Shown here: positions 1 to 13,700 of the stretch, piece by piece
Layout: every line of letters begins with the position of its first letter
Position numbering within the stretch: the first letter of the stretch is position 1
From: Lytechinus pictus
Lineage: Eukaryota
Direction of reading: 5' to 3'
Assembly (NCBI RefSeq): GCF_037042905.1
Contig: NC_087245.1
Span: forward strand, 25,360,001-25,424,000
Length of the DNA stretch: 64,000 nucleotides
Position numbers and translations under genes: made by a program
The notes under the pieces: generated by a model
Seen by the model: the letters and a program-made list of their open reading frames with translations, nothing else
Databases searched by the model: none
What the model was told of the DNA's origin: nothing

Positions 1-295
1 GTATCATGTAAATGAAATGCAATGGGCATTATCTGTATGAACATGCGCACCTTCAAAACATTTCAATTTTTTAGATAAAGGTATAAAATGTTTTTGTTGT
101 AGTCCTCTTTGAGGGCGTAACATGGACTTCCAAGCTTATTGTAATATAATTTTTCAGTACTTTTCAGGTTATTCAGTGAAAAATTCAAAATGACTGAAAT
201 ACGGTGCTTATGATTATTGAATTTGTTTTTATTTATATTCCTGTGAAGCTAACTATGTTCTGTATATTCTGATTTTTGTCTATCATATTATAAAG

Positions 296-426
296 TCTTC
301 CACAAGAAGCGGGGCTATCAACCGATTGCAGCATCACATTAGAAGAGATGGAGGAAGGCAAAGAATCAGCTGCCTTCACCAAAGCTATGGGCAAAGATAG
401 GAATACATATGATAGTGCAATGAGTG
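296..426 (+). CDS. SVIL: Supervillin coding exon (gelsolin-like region; gene is 5'-truncated by the window edge)
   Basis: taaag| acceptor and |gtaagt donor. Translates LPQEAGLSTDCSITLEEMEEGKESAAFTKAMGKDRNTYDSAMS, similar to the supervillin PLEAGL...EG.E...F..ALG..DR..YD segment. Phase joins the next exon. Confidence 0.85.
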
Positions 427-776
427 GTAAGTCTCTTTTGCTTCTCTTCCATCAACTATTTATGAAGAACAGATTAAAGGTAAAACAAAAGTAAAGGACC
501 AGAATAATGTTAAAATGGTGCAGATAATTGTTTAATGCAAGGGAGATCCTAAGGTGCGCCACAACCGTTTTACACATTTTAGGATCATGGTAGATCATTT
601 ATAAAGCAATGGAATGAAAGAAGCTTTTGAATAGGCTCATATCAAAAAGAAATTGTATCAAAATATAATCATGAATTTTTCTGTGAAAATCTCATATTTT
701 TCTACCCAATATTTTTAATTTCAATGGTTATTCTGTGTACTAAATTTACATATGAAAATTTCATATGCCCTTTCAG

Positions 777-932
777 ATCCTCTCAAGTACGATTATACCC
801 CAAGATTGTTTAATCTGACCAGCGGCTCAGGAGTGTTTGTATCCAATGAAATTCTCTACCCTGCAAGGTCAGCAGAATACCCTTCTCCATACCCCTTCCT
901 CCAGTCAGACCTGTATTGCGGGGAACAACCAG
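777..932 (+). CDS. SVIL: Supervillin coding exon
   Basis: tttcag| acceptor and |gtaag donor. DPLKYDYTPRLFNLTSGSGVFVSNEILYPARSAEYPSPYPFLQSDLYCGEQP matches supervillin PRLF.L.S.SG.F...E..YPAR...PFLQ.DLY...QP. Confidence 0.92.
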
Positions 933-954
933 GTAAGATTCTTAAACTAGATAG

Positions 955-1182
955 ATAATGGTGGTGATAAGGATCATGATGATGTAGTCATAGACAGTGA
1001 TGTGAGTATATCGTGCTGATTTCTGGTGATGATGGTAGTGTTGATGGTGGTGGTGTTGATGATGATGATGATAATGATGATGTTGATGATGATGGTGGTG
1101 GTGGTGGTGGTGGTTATGATGATGATAATGATGATGATGGTGGTGGTGGTGGTGGTATTGGTGGTGGTGGTGGTGGTGATGG

Positions 1183-1213
<31 letters not shown>

Positions 1214-1226
1214 CATCATCATTATC
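955..1226. repeat. Compound (GAT)n/(GGT)n trinucleotide microsatellite in a supervillin intron
   Basis: Directly visible GAT and GGT runs between two spliced exons. Confidence 0.95.
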
Positions 1227-1399
1227 AATATAGGATATAAAAACAAGTCTTTTAGTGTAAAACATTGCAATAAGTTATTTGATTACTACTTTGTGAATAT
1301 ATTAGCAAGAGCTTTGTGATGTTATTGTTTCCAAGAAAATTATTTATTGAGTTGTAGTTATGTACCATCTCTATTCATTTTCCTTTCTTTCAAATTCAG

Positions 1400-1561
1400 C
1401 TCTCTATGCCTTAGACAACCACTATGAGATATACCTCTGGCAAGGTTGGTGGCCCGCTGATCACGAGTCGGCCTCAGGGACGACCAAGACCGGCTCAGCA
1501 AAGATCAGATGGGACATAGACAGGAAGCTCGCAATGGAGACGATCATGGCCTACTGCAAAG
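1400..1561 (+). CDS. SVIL: Supervillin coding exon
   Basis: ttcag| acceptor and |gtgtgt donor. [19 protein letters not shown]...[24 protein letters not shown] contains the supervillin-typical YLWQGWWP and TGSA.IRW..DRK.AMET motifs. Confidence 0.95.
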
Positions 1562-1782
1562 GTGTGTAGATTCCAAATGATTGTACTACCATATTTGAAA
1601 TAAAAAGTGTACACATCGCTCCAGAAATTCCGTGAGTTCTGCAGAATCAATGTTTAGTATTTTTTATAGTATTTACTGATATTTTATAGTGCTGGTGTGT
1701 ACAGTGTGTATTTGAAAAGCTGTCCTTATTATGTTCTGAATGTGAAGGTTTTTTTTAATCGATTTTCTTATTCTTATTGCAG

Positions 1783-1904
1783 AAAAGAGGCCGAAAAACC
1801 CACCCAAGGCTTACCTGGTGTATGCGGGGCTTGAACCTCTAACTTTCACAAACCTGTTTCCTTACTGGGAAGTCAGAGAAGATGTCATGAAACTCAACAA
1901 AGAG
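1783..1904 (+). CDS. SVIL: Supervillin coding exon
   Basis: ttgcag| acceptor and |gtaggt donor. [41 protein letters not shown] ([13 protein letters not shown] motif). Confidence 0.95.
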
Positions 1905-1931
1905 GTAGGTTCAATGCATTATGTAATCTTC

Positions 1932-2072
1932 CAGTGTCGGATCTAGACGGGGGCACAAGGGACGAGCACCCCTTTATTTTTTCTGAGACTTGAACATGCA
2001 CTTTCAATTGCTAAATCTAAGAAAGTTGTCATCGGCGCCCCCCTCTATTTCAAAATACTGGTTCTCCCACTG
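1932..2072. mobile_element. Small degenerate MITE with CAGTG...CACTG ends
   Basis: Left CAGTGTCGGATCTAG is an imperfect inverse of right CTGGTTCTCCCACTG. TTC flanks both sides. Confidence 0.4.
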
Positions 2073-3088
2073 TTCCTTGATCCCATATTCATCTACTACC
2101 CCTTAGGCCAATAATGGAAGATGGTGTACAAAGAAGAATTAGTCATGTGTTTATGGTGTGTTTCATGATAAAGTATTTGAAGTGAAACGTGGTGAATTCT
2201 TATCCCCTATTATCACAATGTATCCAGCTCTGTGTATGATAATTATGATGGTTATGTTACTCTTGCAGCGACGCATTCGGGTACTCTGCTTTATTTGTGA
2301 ATCATTTTCTATAATCATTCTTATGTTTTATTCTTAATTTCCCTTTTTTCAAGCCTTTGAGGCTTTTTAGGACACCTTTTTTTCATTATTTTTTTTTTTA
2401 ATCTCATCTTATTGTTTCATGATTATATTTGTATATATATTTTCAAATGTATGATATTTGTATGTTTTACATGTATATATTGTTGAAAGAAATAAATGAG
2501 AGTATTTTCATTCTCCCTCAACTCAAAATAAGTTTAGGTATAATTCAAGCTATATGAAGTAATGGCTAGTGGCTAAAAATAGTGCCCAAGGATGAGCATG
2601 CATGGGCGTTGTTATTGTTTGGAACTCGGTCAATCAATTACAGTTCTCATTGTCGGACTAGCTGCCCTCTTAATGAATTTCATATTGGATAAGGCAGCAT
2701 ACCTCTCTCCAATCATTTTACTTTCTCTCCTGTTCTATCCTTCATCAGTCCTCCTCTCTCCATCTTCCACTCCACCCCACCCACCCCTCCCTCTCCTGCC
2801 TGATTCCAATACTTGTCTGGTTTGGTATTCCAAGAATGTACATACAACAGCTGGTCACCTTGGCTAAGTAGATGATTTAAAGACAGGGTCCTCCCTGCAC
2901 GTCAGCAAATAGATGTATGGGTTTATTTTTTACCTGAAACAATGACCATAGGGAAATATGAGGGACTTTTTAATCTGATGAATTTCTACCCCCACCCCCT
3001 CATAGTGTATTCTTCTTCATTAAAATAACAATCAAGTGATGTAGTTACTCACTGCAAGCATACACTGTGAATTCAGTTTGAACATCTA

Positions 3089-3400
3089 GGCCCGTATTCT
3101 GAAGTCGGGTTTAACTTAAACTCAGGTTTAAAGTTGTGGTTTAAGTATGGACAGCCAATTGTTACATAAATCACTAACAGTAGAGATATCATATTTCAGC
3201 TCATTTGGCTCTCAAATCATTCATAATTGTCTAGGAAGTATATATAGATTATTGTCTTCACCATCGATGAATCAAGAAAGAGCACAGCAAACATAAGAAA
3301 CGTACAACTTAATAAAAAAAATTGATACTTTTGGCTGTCCATACTTAAACCACAACTTTAAACCTGAGTTGAACTTAAACCTGACTTCAGAATACGGGCC
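3089..3400. mobile_element. MITE, PIF/Harbinger-like (copy 1)
   Basis: TIR GGCCCGTATTCTGAAGTC...GACTTCAGAATACGGGCC with 3-bp CTA on both flanks. A second copy lies at 28757-29067. Confidence 0.85.
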
Positions 3401-3890
3401 CTAATAGTTTTCATTTGCATGCACACAAAAAAATGAGAGCACAACATTTTATGCACTATCTATAGATCTTTGAGGGCTCTCCCCAATTAAAGGCATGCAG
3501 TTTACAGTTAAAAACAATACACAATTGAGGAAATTACATGCATATAAAAATGAAATGCATATTTCTACTCCCATTATAAAAATTGCATCATCCATCTCTA
3601 CTTGCATATTCTCTCAAATTATAACATCTCAAGTAGCCCATGTAGTGAGGTAGAAATTGAGCAAACATAGGGGGAGGTGTCTGATGTGACTGTTTGTTGT
3701 AATCATTACTCTCATATTATCAGGTCTTAGAACTAAGGCATCCTTTTGATTTTGAAGCAGAATTATAAACTTATTATAGTTTGGTTTATTAAAGTTAACC
3801 TTTCTTTCCACACTGAGGAAAAATGCCCAAAATGTTTTTTTCAACTTTGTTATTTTCCTCTTTTCCTCTTTTTTTCTGATCATTCCATAG

Positions 3891-4046
3891 AGTGGGAAGA
3901 AAAGTGACAAAGCCATCTTGGTGAAGGATGTACTGGCTAAACTAACCAAAGCGACGTATACCATGGAGGAGATTAGTAAGAGGCCATTACCTGAGGGTGT
4001 TGATCCACTCAAACTGGAGACGTATCTATCAGATCAAGAATTCAAG
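3891..4046 (+). CDS. SVIL: Supervillin coding exon (start of villin headpiece)
   Basis: Polypyrimidine tract, ccatag| acceptor and |gtcagt donor. SGKKSDKAILVKDVLAKLTKATYTMEEISKRPLPEGVDPLKLETYLSDQEFK (RPLPEGVDPLKLE.YL headpiece motif). Confidence 0.95.
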
Positions 4047-4129
4047 GTCAGTAATTACACCACATTTAACATTTATAAATATTTGTATTAAGTGTTACTT
4101 AAATGTCGCATGTTATTAGAATCATTAAA

Positions 4130-4345
4130 TTATTATTATTTATGTTATTATTATCATCATCATCATCATTATTATAATATTATTTTTGTTAGTAGTAGTA
4201 GTAGTAGTAGTTAGTAGTAGTAGTATCATCACCATCCTCATTATCATCATTATCAATCATCATCAACCATCATCAACATCATCATCATCAACCTCATCAT
4301 CATCATCATCATCATCATCACCACCACCACCACCATCACCATCAA
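4130..4345. repeat. Compound (TAT)/(TAG)/(CAT)/(CAC) microsatellite
   Basis: Directly visible trinucleotide runs. Confidence 0.9.
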
Positions 4346-4842
4346 TTATATGAAGCATTCTATGATCACCTCTTAATCTTCAAATTGGCAATATCATCAT
4401 TTTTCTGCCATTATTTCATCTTTATTCTTAGGCTCCTTCATCTGAAAAAAAAACCTCAAACATTTTTACCATAAAACGATATATACATGCATTAATATAC
4501 TAATAACAGACACAGAATATGTAAAATTGTCAGTATTACTGAAGATTGACTGGTAATAAAAAAGTTTTTTCCCCAAAACACAGAATTTGTTCACTGTGTC
4601 TGGAATTAATCAGCTTGACACATTTGTTGTTTCAGAGTCAGCTTAACCTCTGGCATTCCCCTTTAGATTCTCCTTCTAATCTTGTAATACTTCCTATTGA
4701 AAGTGATAACATTTATTCTTTTAATTGGTGTAAAGTTTTCTAATTATATTTCATCAGTGCAAATGAGCATTTTTTTCAGATGCAATGATCTAAATATAAT
4801 TTCAGTTAATCAAATTGTAAAAGGAAAAAAAAATTGGTTTAA

Positions 4843-7800
4843 CTCTTACTATGCCATGCCCAATACCCCTATAGTGCCAGGGATATTCGAGGGAATCCTA
4901 AATTGACCGAAACGTAAGCAGAGACCGATTTTAAAACGGTCATATCTCTTTACCCGTACGTTGTATAATGAAACCTTCTACATATGAAATGATGCATGGT
5001 TCATGAACTTTATGATCATGTTATGACCTTTCATATTTGCAATCGGAAAAATTGAGAAAAGATGAAATATTTTACATAGTTTTTTTTCAATAAGTAAAAC
5101 CTAGAAAATTACGGTTTCATGAACATTTCAAAGAGTAAATAACCTGAGTAATTGTAGAGATACCAAAAAATTAAGAGGATAAAATTAAAGTTCAATGTTT
5201 ACCCTTTCAAATGACGTATCTATTGATGAAATTGAGCAAACAGAAATATGAAAAATAATGCTCTTTTTAATGAAATACTATTTTGCTATTCAAGTTATTT
5301 CCTCTGAAATGTGAGAGGGTTTATACACACGAAATAGAAACCGACCTTTCCAAAAAAGGGCATTGTCGTCGATCAAGTGACCAATCACAACACAGCTGCG
5401 ATCCCCACGCAAACACACACAATAATATATTAGAGCCATGTATCTTCACAGTGCAGCCAACCGTACCCTTACATTCGTGTAGTCTTCAAAACAAGACCCT
5501 GTAATTTTTCAGAATGCGCGGTATTCCGAAACAACCGCTATGGGGGAAACAAAATTATTAGCGCAGTGTAAATTTTATGTCATTTCAATTCTTGTCAATA
5601 TTGTCGTAATGCAAAACATGTTTTTAGAAAAATCGTAACCTGGATACGATTTGTGGTGTGCGATGCACTCAACTATATACTGTTTTGGATAATGTAGGCG
5701 ATTTCTATCCAGTGTCGGCAACAGACATTTGCGACCCTCTCAACTATCGATCAAAAGCATGAATCAGTGTAAAGTTTGGCCATATTTTGTCAGGGTCGAT
5801 TCGTCGTACATACTATACGGGCTTTCGTACTGTAACAAAGTTATTGCCAGTCAGAAGGAGACAAAATATAGAAAACTAAAGATGATATATTGAAATATAG
5901 ATAAAGAGGGATCGGACAGATTCAATACTAACGGGTTTGGGGTGTAAAATCCCACAAAATAATATGGGCGTTTTTGGCAAAGTACACAGAACTAAGAAAA
6001 AATGTTTATTTTTCGTGAATCAAGAAGAGGAAATACAGATCAGTTACAAACTAAAAATAAATTCAATACAAATTTTCAAAAAGAAATTTTAGTTCTATTT
6101 GTTCTGTATTTGTGGTCTGACCCCCCCCCCCCCCTCGCCTTACAAAAAAGTGAGGTCAGGTGGAAATGTTTATGTTGATTTTTAGCCCTTTTTGTGATGA
6201 CCAAGGTTGAATACACAATTAAATGTATTTATTACAAAACATAATTCTAGCATAATATTCATACGTTATCATTATTACGTAAATAACTGATCTCACATCT
6301 CTCTTTCTCTCTCTCTCTCTTTCCATCTATCTATCTATCCATCTCTCGTAATCTCTGATCTCTCTCTCCTTTCTTTTTCATGCCGTGTTTTTTTTTCACT
6401 TTTATTTTACTTTTATATCTTTGCATAGATTCTGTGCTTAAATGATAAACGATAATTTACAGTGAGCTAATGAATTATAATGAGAGTAACAAAACTACTA
6501 CTACTACTACTGCTACTACACTACAACTACTTTTTACAGCAGTACAAAAACTGGGTGTCCTGGTCGGACAAATGAATCGCTTAAAATATTATGAACGTTG
6601 ATATTTGTGAACACTCATTCTTAAACTGTCAAAAAATGTTAAGGTTGATCCGTTTTGAAGTAAGAGACCCCCCCCCCCCCCGGCTTCCAGGGTAACCAAA
6701 ATTAAGATAAATATAATGAATAATTACGCAATTAGAATTTTGTGATTACAGTCATTATAAGACTGGTATTCTGACAATTTACAGACTGTAATCTGGGCCA
6801 ACTATGCATCTCGTACATGCCAAGGAATGGACAATACATGCCGGATATTCTTTTTCGTGTGGATAATATCATGCAATATGAATATGAAAATATAATGGCA
6901 ATTTTAGACAAGAAAAGGGCCCCATTGCATATTATGTCTTTGAATAATTGATTATTTTCAAACTTTAGGCTTCATTCATTCCGCAAGCGAGCAAAGTAGC
7001 CACCTGTCTGATAGCGACTGCATTTTTATTGTTCATGCCACCAAGTCATGAACAATAGATGCCCAGACTCCCTTTCACGAGGAATGTCTAATCCGCACTC
7101 CCTCCTGACCTATTATCGAGGAGAGCAATTTAGCACAGGATGTTCATAGAAATCGGGCCACGCGCGCGTCTTTTGATTCGAATACTTTCAAAGGTTCCGA
7201 TACGCACAATAGCTTTTCTCTCCGTTGAGATCAAGATTAAGATTCCTCCGTCTCTTTCCCCAACACCTTCCATTGACTTATTGCCATTAAAGTACATAAT
7301 TTTTATTCAAATATTTGTTTAGACTTTAAGACATTTAGCATCGACAATATACGTCAAATTTCCTGTAATCTAAATGATGATGATGATAATGATAGGGATG
7401 ATGGTAAAGATGGCATGGATAATGTCGAGAATGAGAACAAGAAATCACGGGGAAACAGCACACCTTGTAGCTGAAGCCTATTTTGCATATTTAGAAATAA
7501 AGGATAAAGATAAGATTTATGATTGAAGAAATGTATAGGCTATATAATCCTTGACAAATCAAAAATACAGGAAATTGAAAGATAAAAGATGGAACATAAA
7601 TAACGAAGCAATGGGGTTTGAAGGTAGAAATTACTAACAATTTGGAGAAATTTAGATCTTTATAATTTGTTGAACCTTACGATTGTTTATTCAAATAATA
7701 TGTTTGTAATGGATCATCTATCAGAAAAGTAAGATATTGCTTTCGACAATATCAGAAATTATATTTTCTACACCTCTTTATTTGTGATATTTATAATTAC

Positions 7801-10614
7801 CCCGTCATTAAAAATATCAATCTAGTAAGGATTAATTTTACTTCCCCTTCCCTGAAATAAAAATTAAATGGACATTATTTGCTGTTCAAATGATATATAA
7901 GTGACACCACTAAGTTTCTTTATACCGTGCATTGTCAATATTCATGCAGTAGGACTTATGCACAATCAACATACTCGATATGTTAGTACAATTTACATTT
8001 CCAATTATTAAATTTGCTTGATATATTATTTTTTTTCCATTTAGTAGTAATCCAGTTTATGCTTCCCGATTTGCCATATGAGCTCAGCGTGTAGGGGAAT
8101 ATACCCATTATATTTTTGCTGGCAAAAAGGGAGAAACAAAAGAAAGTGGAACATCGGAAGAAATTATGCATTGATTGATATAAATTATTTCTCGCTAATA
8201 AAACAAATGAGGAAGAATAAAAAAAAACGCATTACGGAAAATGCATGACATTCACAGAATTTTGTAAATAAAAGATTATGAAAAGTGCGTTTACTCGCTT
8301 GATTCGCTCACTCACACTTTTCTTTTTTTTTTAATCTTCCTTACACCCATCATATTTTTATTTCACCCTTGTCACATTGACAACATATATTTTGTTGATG
8401 ATCAAAATAATATTTAGGTTTCTTACCGTAACCGATGCAAATTTGATGTTTATTTTTTCCACCAAAATTGGTACGTAATTTGGTGTTGTTATCAAATTTT
8501 CCTGATCCATTTTTTTTTTCATTTAGTAGTATATGATATCAGATTTGACATATGAGCTCAGCGTGTAGGGGAATTTACCCATCATCGTTTTGCTGGCAAA
8601 AAGGGAGAAACAAAAGAAAGCGGATCATCGGAAGAAATGATACATTGATTAATATAAATTATATCCCGCTAATAAAACAAATGATGAAGAATGGGGGAAA
8701 AAACGCATTGCGGAAAATGCATGACATTCACAGAATTTTGTAAATAAAAGATCATGAAAAGTGCGTTTACTCGCTTGATTTGCTCACTCCCATTTTCTCT
8801 TTTTTTTCTTCCTTACACACATCATACTTTTTATTTCGCCCTTGCCACATTGACATCATATATTTTGTTGATGATCAAAATAATATTTAGGTTTCTTTCC
8901 GTAACCGATGCAAATTTGATGCTTATTTTTTCCACCAAACTTGGTACATTATTTGGTGTTGTTATCAATTTTGCTTGATTCATTTTTTTCGTTTAGTAGT
9001 ATATGATATCACATTTGACATAAGAGCTCAGCGTGTAGGGGAATTTACCCATCATCTTTTTGCTGGCATTGATTGCCCTTACACATTTTTGTACACATTG
9101 CCTATTGACTTGGGGAAAAGCGAAGATTTTACAAAATAACACGACTTTTTCCTCGTAAATTTCTTAACTATTCTGTTGATTTGAGAAGCGATACCTTTGT
9201 TTCTAGAAAGAAAAAATGTCTGCTCTTTCATATTTACATTTACTAAAAATCCTGAAAACACTTCAGTTTGGCGCAATTAGCAATTGATTCGGAAAACACC
9301 GCCACAGATCCAAATACCAGCAATGTACCAAAACGGCTCCGCCGCAGGGAGAGGTTAATTATCACTTTTTTTTGCTTCGTCCTATTTTATTCGAGGAGAA
9401 AATTGAACAATTCATATTTTTGTGAGAAGTTTGAATATGATATTAATAAGCGTAACAATATCAATAATTCTTTTTTTATAATGGTAGGGCTATAAAAACA
9501 CAAACGAATATGAACCATTATTTACCTGATCTTAAGTTTATAAAGAGAGAGTTTTGCTGCAGGAGAAATGCAATTAATATGATTACAATCATTTTTATGA
9601 CATAATATGTAATTATAATATTTATGACTGTTTTCACAAAATATTACTAAACTTTGAAATTCAATAACTTTGTTATTTGTTATCCGATTTTGATGAAATT
9701 TTCGGTATTTTGCTCAGTGAATTCTGCTTTGTATATAAAACTATAAATACTTTCAGCCGGGACCATCCCTTTTATACTAAAAAAGAAGGTGAAAGAGAAG
9801 AATAATGATAATAATAATTATAATAACAATAACAATAACAATAATGATAATAATAATTATAATAATAGTAATACTAATAATGATAATATTAATAACAATA
9901 AGAAACGAATAAATAAATAATGAGTGTGATGATTGCAGTGCGCAGACGAGAGTTGGAAATGACAGGCTTCTTTACTCATATATTTATAACGAGAACAATT
10001 TTGTGACAATGCTAAAAACAATGTATAAGACCTTTCCCCCGCCCCCCCCCCCCCAAAAAAAAAATCCCCAAACAGTGCACATTTGCAGGCAGAAAAAAGC
10101 CTTGACACAAGAATACTACCATACTGGCCTGCAAAAGACCCGATCGATAGCTCATGAATATTCATGTAACAATAGCGAATGGGCGAGTAGTGTTGGGTGA
10201 GGAACATCGTACCGCTCGGTCATTGGTCAATTCCGAGCTGAATGTCTTCACACATTCGCCGTTGCTCTGCCCATAGAAGTACGTGTATTGCTACACACAA
10301 CCGTTACTAGTATATCACACGTGTCAATAGGGGAAATCTTGATTCAGATCGCGGCAATATCCGAAATCAACTCTTGAAAATAATGATGCAAAAATACAAT
10401 TTTACTCAAAAAATGTCTATGTAAACCACTATTTTTTATATGATAAAATGAATGGTGAATTCCTGGCCAGTATAACAACATAAAAAACAGAAAATATGGT
10501 GTTGATTTTCTGGCTGTAAAATTGGTTTAAAAAAAAAAGTTCTCTGGGCACGCATACGTGCCAATGGCATTAGAGGGCTAAGGGCACGTATAGCTGCCAA
10601 CGGCATTTAAAGAG
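4843..10614. mobile_element. Putative piggyBac-like non-autonomous or composite insertion filling most of the last supervillin intron
   Basis: TTAA at 4839-4842 and 10615-10618 flank imperfect TIRs (CTCTTACTATGCC versus reverse complement CTCTTTAAATGCC). Extra terminus-like motifs at about 9340-9358 and 10546-10581. No transposase ORF. Confidence 0.45.
8040..9068. repeat. Tandem duplication, unit about 472 bp (two full copies plus a partial third)
   Basis: GAGCTCAGCGTGTAGGGGAAT recurs at about 8080, 8554 and 9025, with the intervening sequence nearly identical. Confidence 0.9.
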
Positions 10615-10680
10615 TTAACTGAACTTTTTATGCACAATTCACTATTCTAATATTACAATTTCATTTCTCTTCAATTTCAG

Positions 10681-10767
10681 TCTGTCCTGAGTATGACCAA
10701 AGATGAGTTCTACAAACTGCCAATGTGGAAACAGAAGAACCTCAAGAAAAACAACGCCCTTTTCTAA
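10681..10767 (+). CDS. SVIL: Supervillin terminal coding exon (villin headpiece end, stop codon)
   Basis: atttcag| acceptor. SVLSMTKDEFYKLPMWKQKNLKKNNALF* fits the headpiece F..LP.WKQ.NLKK...LF pattern. In phase 0 with the previous exon. Confidence 0.95.
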   Translation, partial: SVLSMTKDEFYKLPMWKQKNLKKNNALF

Positions 10768-13700
10768 GCAAACTGTTGCTATGCCAGGCAATATTTCAAA
10801 GACTTATGTTACATGTTCATCTGTGACGGATGGGACTCCTGCAACTGTCTTCAAACAAACCCAATATTTCAATCTGGGTATTTTTTGAGAGGTTTGAATG
10901 AGTGAGAATTATTCTTTGGAAGGATTTGTGTGGATGTACATGCTGTCTGCTTCCCTGTGAGAGGGCAGTTGCCGAATAGCCTTCCTGAAGACATCAACAC
11001 TTAAATCTCGTTTGAATTTTTCAAAAAATTCTTTGAACCTTAATATTTACTTCTTAATTCTTTATTGGTATTGAGCCTCTACAGTGGAATTGGCACTCAC
11101 AATGTTATAATAATTATGATGATGATAGTAATAGTATATATAATTATTATTATTATAATTATTTTGATGATGATCAGAGAGAATGCAGTCAATGGAAATG
11201 GAATGGAATGCATATCTAATTAAGGAGTACCTCGTCCTCTGTATTTTCCAACAATAAAATATCCCTTTCAAACCCCTTTTTTAAGCAATCTCAAGATTAT
11301 GATTAATAGTATTTGTTTTAAGGAATTGTTTTAAGGAGCTTCCTGTGATTAATTCTCAATGAATAAAATGTCTTCCATCTTATTAGCTGAAATTTATTTC
11401 AATTGTGACTTATCATTTGTAGCAAATTAAGCAATAAAACTGATTCCTTTCGTTTCATTAAGATAAGAAGACGTGCAAGAGTATCACTATTTGTTTATCA
11501 AAATTATTACGGGCATTCTTATTTCGCTCTGACATACTGCTTCTGAATTGTATTTGCTTTTTGGGGAGCCTGCCAGCCATACTCAATAATAAAGTAAATT
11601 TTTGGAAACTTTTTTTAGGTGATTGAACTTAGTTCCTAAGTAATTTTGAGCTTGAACTAATCAATACAAATTCAAGATTTAGTTGGGCTATATACACGAA
11701 GTGCGAGATTCTTCTCTCAAAGCAGGAAACTTCTGTCTTGCTTTCATAGAAGTTTACTCTAAGGGTAGTACCAGCAGAATGGATTCTTTTTTCATGAGAT
11801 GGGGAAAGGGTAGAAATGTCTAAATATGAGAGGTAAATGGCTATATATTGTGGGAAGTAAAGTGTCAAGAAATTGACTGAACTAGATCAAACAAATGTTG
11901 CAGATCTGACCAGATGATCATGTACACATACAAGCATCTGAGGCAGGGTCATCGTGTGAAATTGCCGAGATCAGTGTGATCATGATAACAATGATTATGA
12001 TGTAAACAAGTCCAATCATGATGGAAACAAAATGATTGTGAACAAAAAAATTGTTGTGAACCAAAAAAAAAAAAACGATTGTGAATAAAAATGATCGTGG
12101 TTGAAAATGTTTTCATGTCAGTCTGCCAATGAAAAACACCTTGTGTGAGTGAAATGAATGAATGTAAACTGAAAGAAATCTGTTATATATTCTGCTCATT
12201 GTAACCCGGGGCTCTGTTACACTGTTCAGAATGATGCGAAGAGAATTGTAAATAGAAATGGCCAGAACTCCTTGAATTGACCTGGATATTCACATTAATC
12301 ATTCAGTATCATTTCTGTGTCTTTGTGAAAAAGGAAAAAAAATATTTTCTTGCAGATGAATTTCTGTATATTCATTAATCAGAATTTTTCTTATATCTAT
12401 CCTTATCACTGTCCTGAAAGAAAGTCTACTTACTAATTATAGTATTTATATATATTTACCATTACACGAGGGCAGGAAAAGGAATAGATTCATGATGGTG
12501 GTGGTGGTGGTGCTTTTTATATATCAGTGTATAGATGACGTGATGTGGCTACTCTCCTAATGCCCAAATAATAAAGAATGTTTTATTGTAACCTAAAGTG
12601 CAATCTGGCTTTGTATGGGTGCTTCATTACTTTATGAAATGTAAGGAACAGACAGATGGTGATATTTGATTTCAATCTTGGTAGTAATGTGTGTCTGATA
12701 CATATCAGAGACTGGCATCTCACTCTTTTTATGATTTTGATATTGATTATCATGGTGTGCTTCCGACTAGCAAATCAAAGTTTGTGCATTTTATTTGTTT
12801 GTTATTGTAAATATATAATATTGAGTAGTTGCAGTTGATTCAGTACACATGTAGTGATATTGCAGTACAAGATATAATGTTATTTAGTCCTAATAATCAA
12901 CACCAATCAATCGACAAGTTAGAGAATCGGAACTATTTTGATAAAATCCAGCAATTGGAGATACATTGTCTTAATACTTGGTGTGTATGACAAATCGGGA
13001 GTTGGAAGTATGAACAAAGCCTTGTTACATTCACCGATAATCATTTGAAGTTAGACAATTTTTCATGCAAACTAGTGCTGTATTCACATTTGTCAGGTGA
13101 CGACTGCAGGAATGTTAAATCATGCATACATACATTTGTAAGCAAGTTATATATACGACTTGCTGATAGATTGAATTATAGACAATATCTTATCGAGAAC
13201 AATCCAAATATGAATGCATTTATAAAAATATATATTATCATACATTTGTCAATGAATTTCTATTCCTTATATCGCAAATCCATTACTGAAACACAAAATA
13301 GGACTACATATTTGTAAAAACGAGTGTATACAGTATGAATCTTTTATTATAGATTTTTGAGATAGCATCACTGCCTATGATAATTATAGAATTTGCTTGA
13401 ATGTTATTTGAATAGAGCAACCCTTTAATCCTGTTGATTGACCAATGGCAAATCAATCGTATTTATATATTTATTTTAACGTCTTTTAGCTTATTTATTT
13501 TGAATTATTACAGTGTATCTATGTCTATTGAAGAGCGTGGGAACAGGAAGGGTATTAATTTGTATATTTCACTACCAACTTTATGCTCTTCTAGTTTCTG
13601 ATGAATGAGGGCGCCATTCATCAACCTCGATGATAGCTTTAACAAATCGACAAATACTTTATTACTTAATGTCAACAATGAATAGAACAAACTGAATCAA

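Noticed and set aside
942..1319. Poly-His, poly-Asp/Gly and poly-Met/Val ORFs
   Set aside because: These are reading-frame artefacts of a GAT/GGT microsatellite inside a supervillin intron.
3629..4012. 127-aa minus-strand ORF
   Set aside because: Antisense shadow of supervillin exon 3891-4046.
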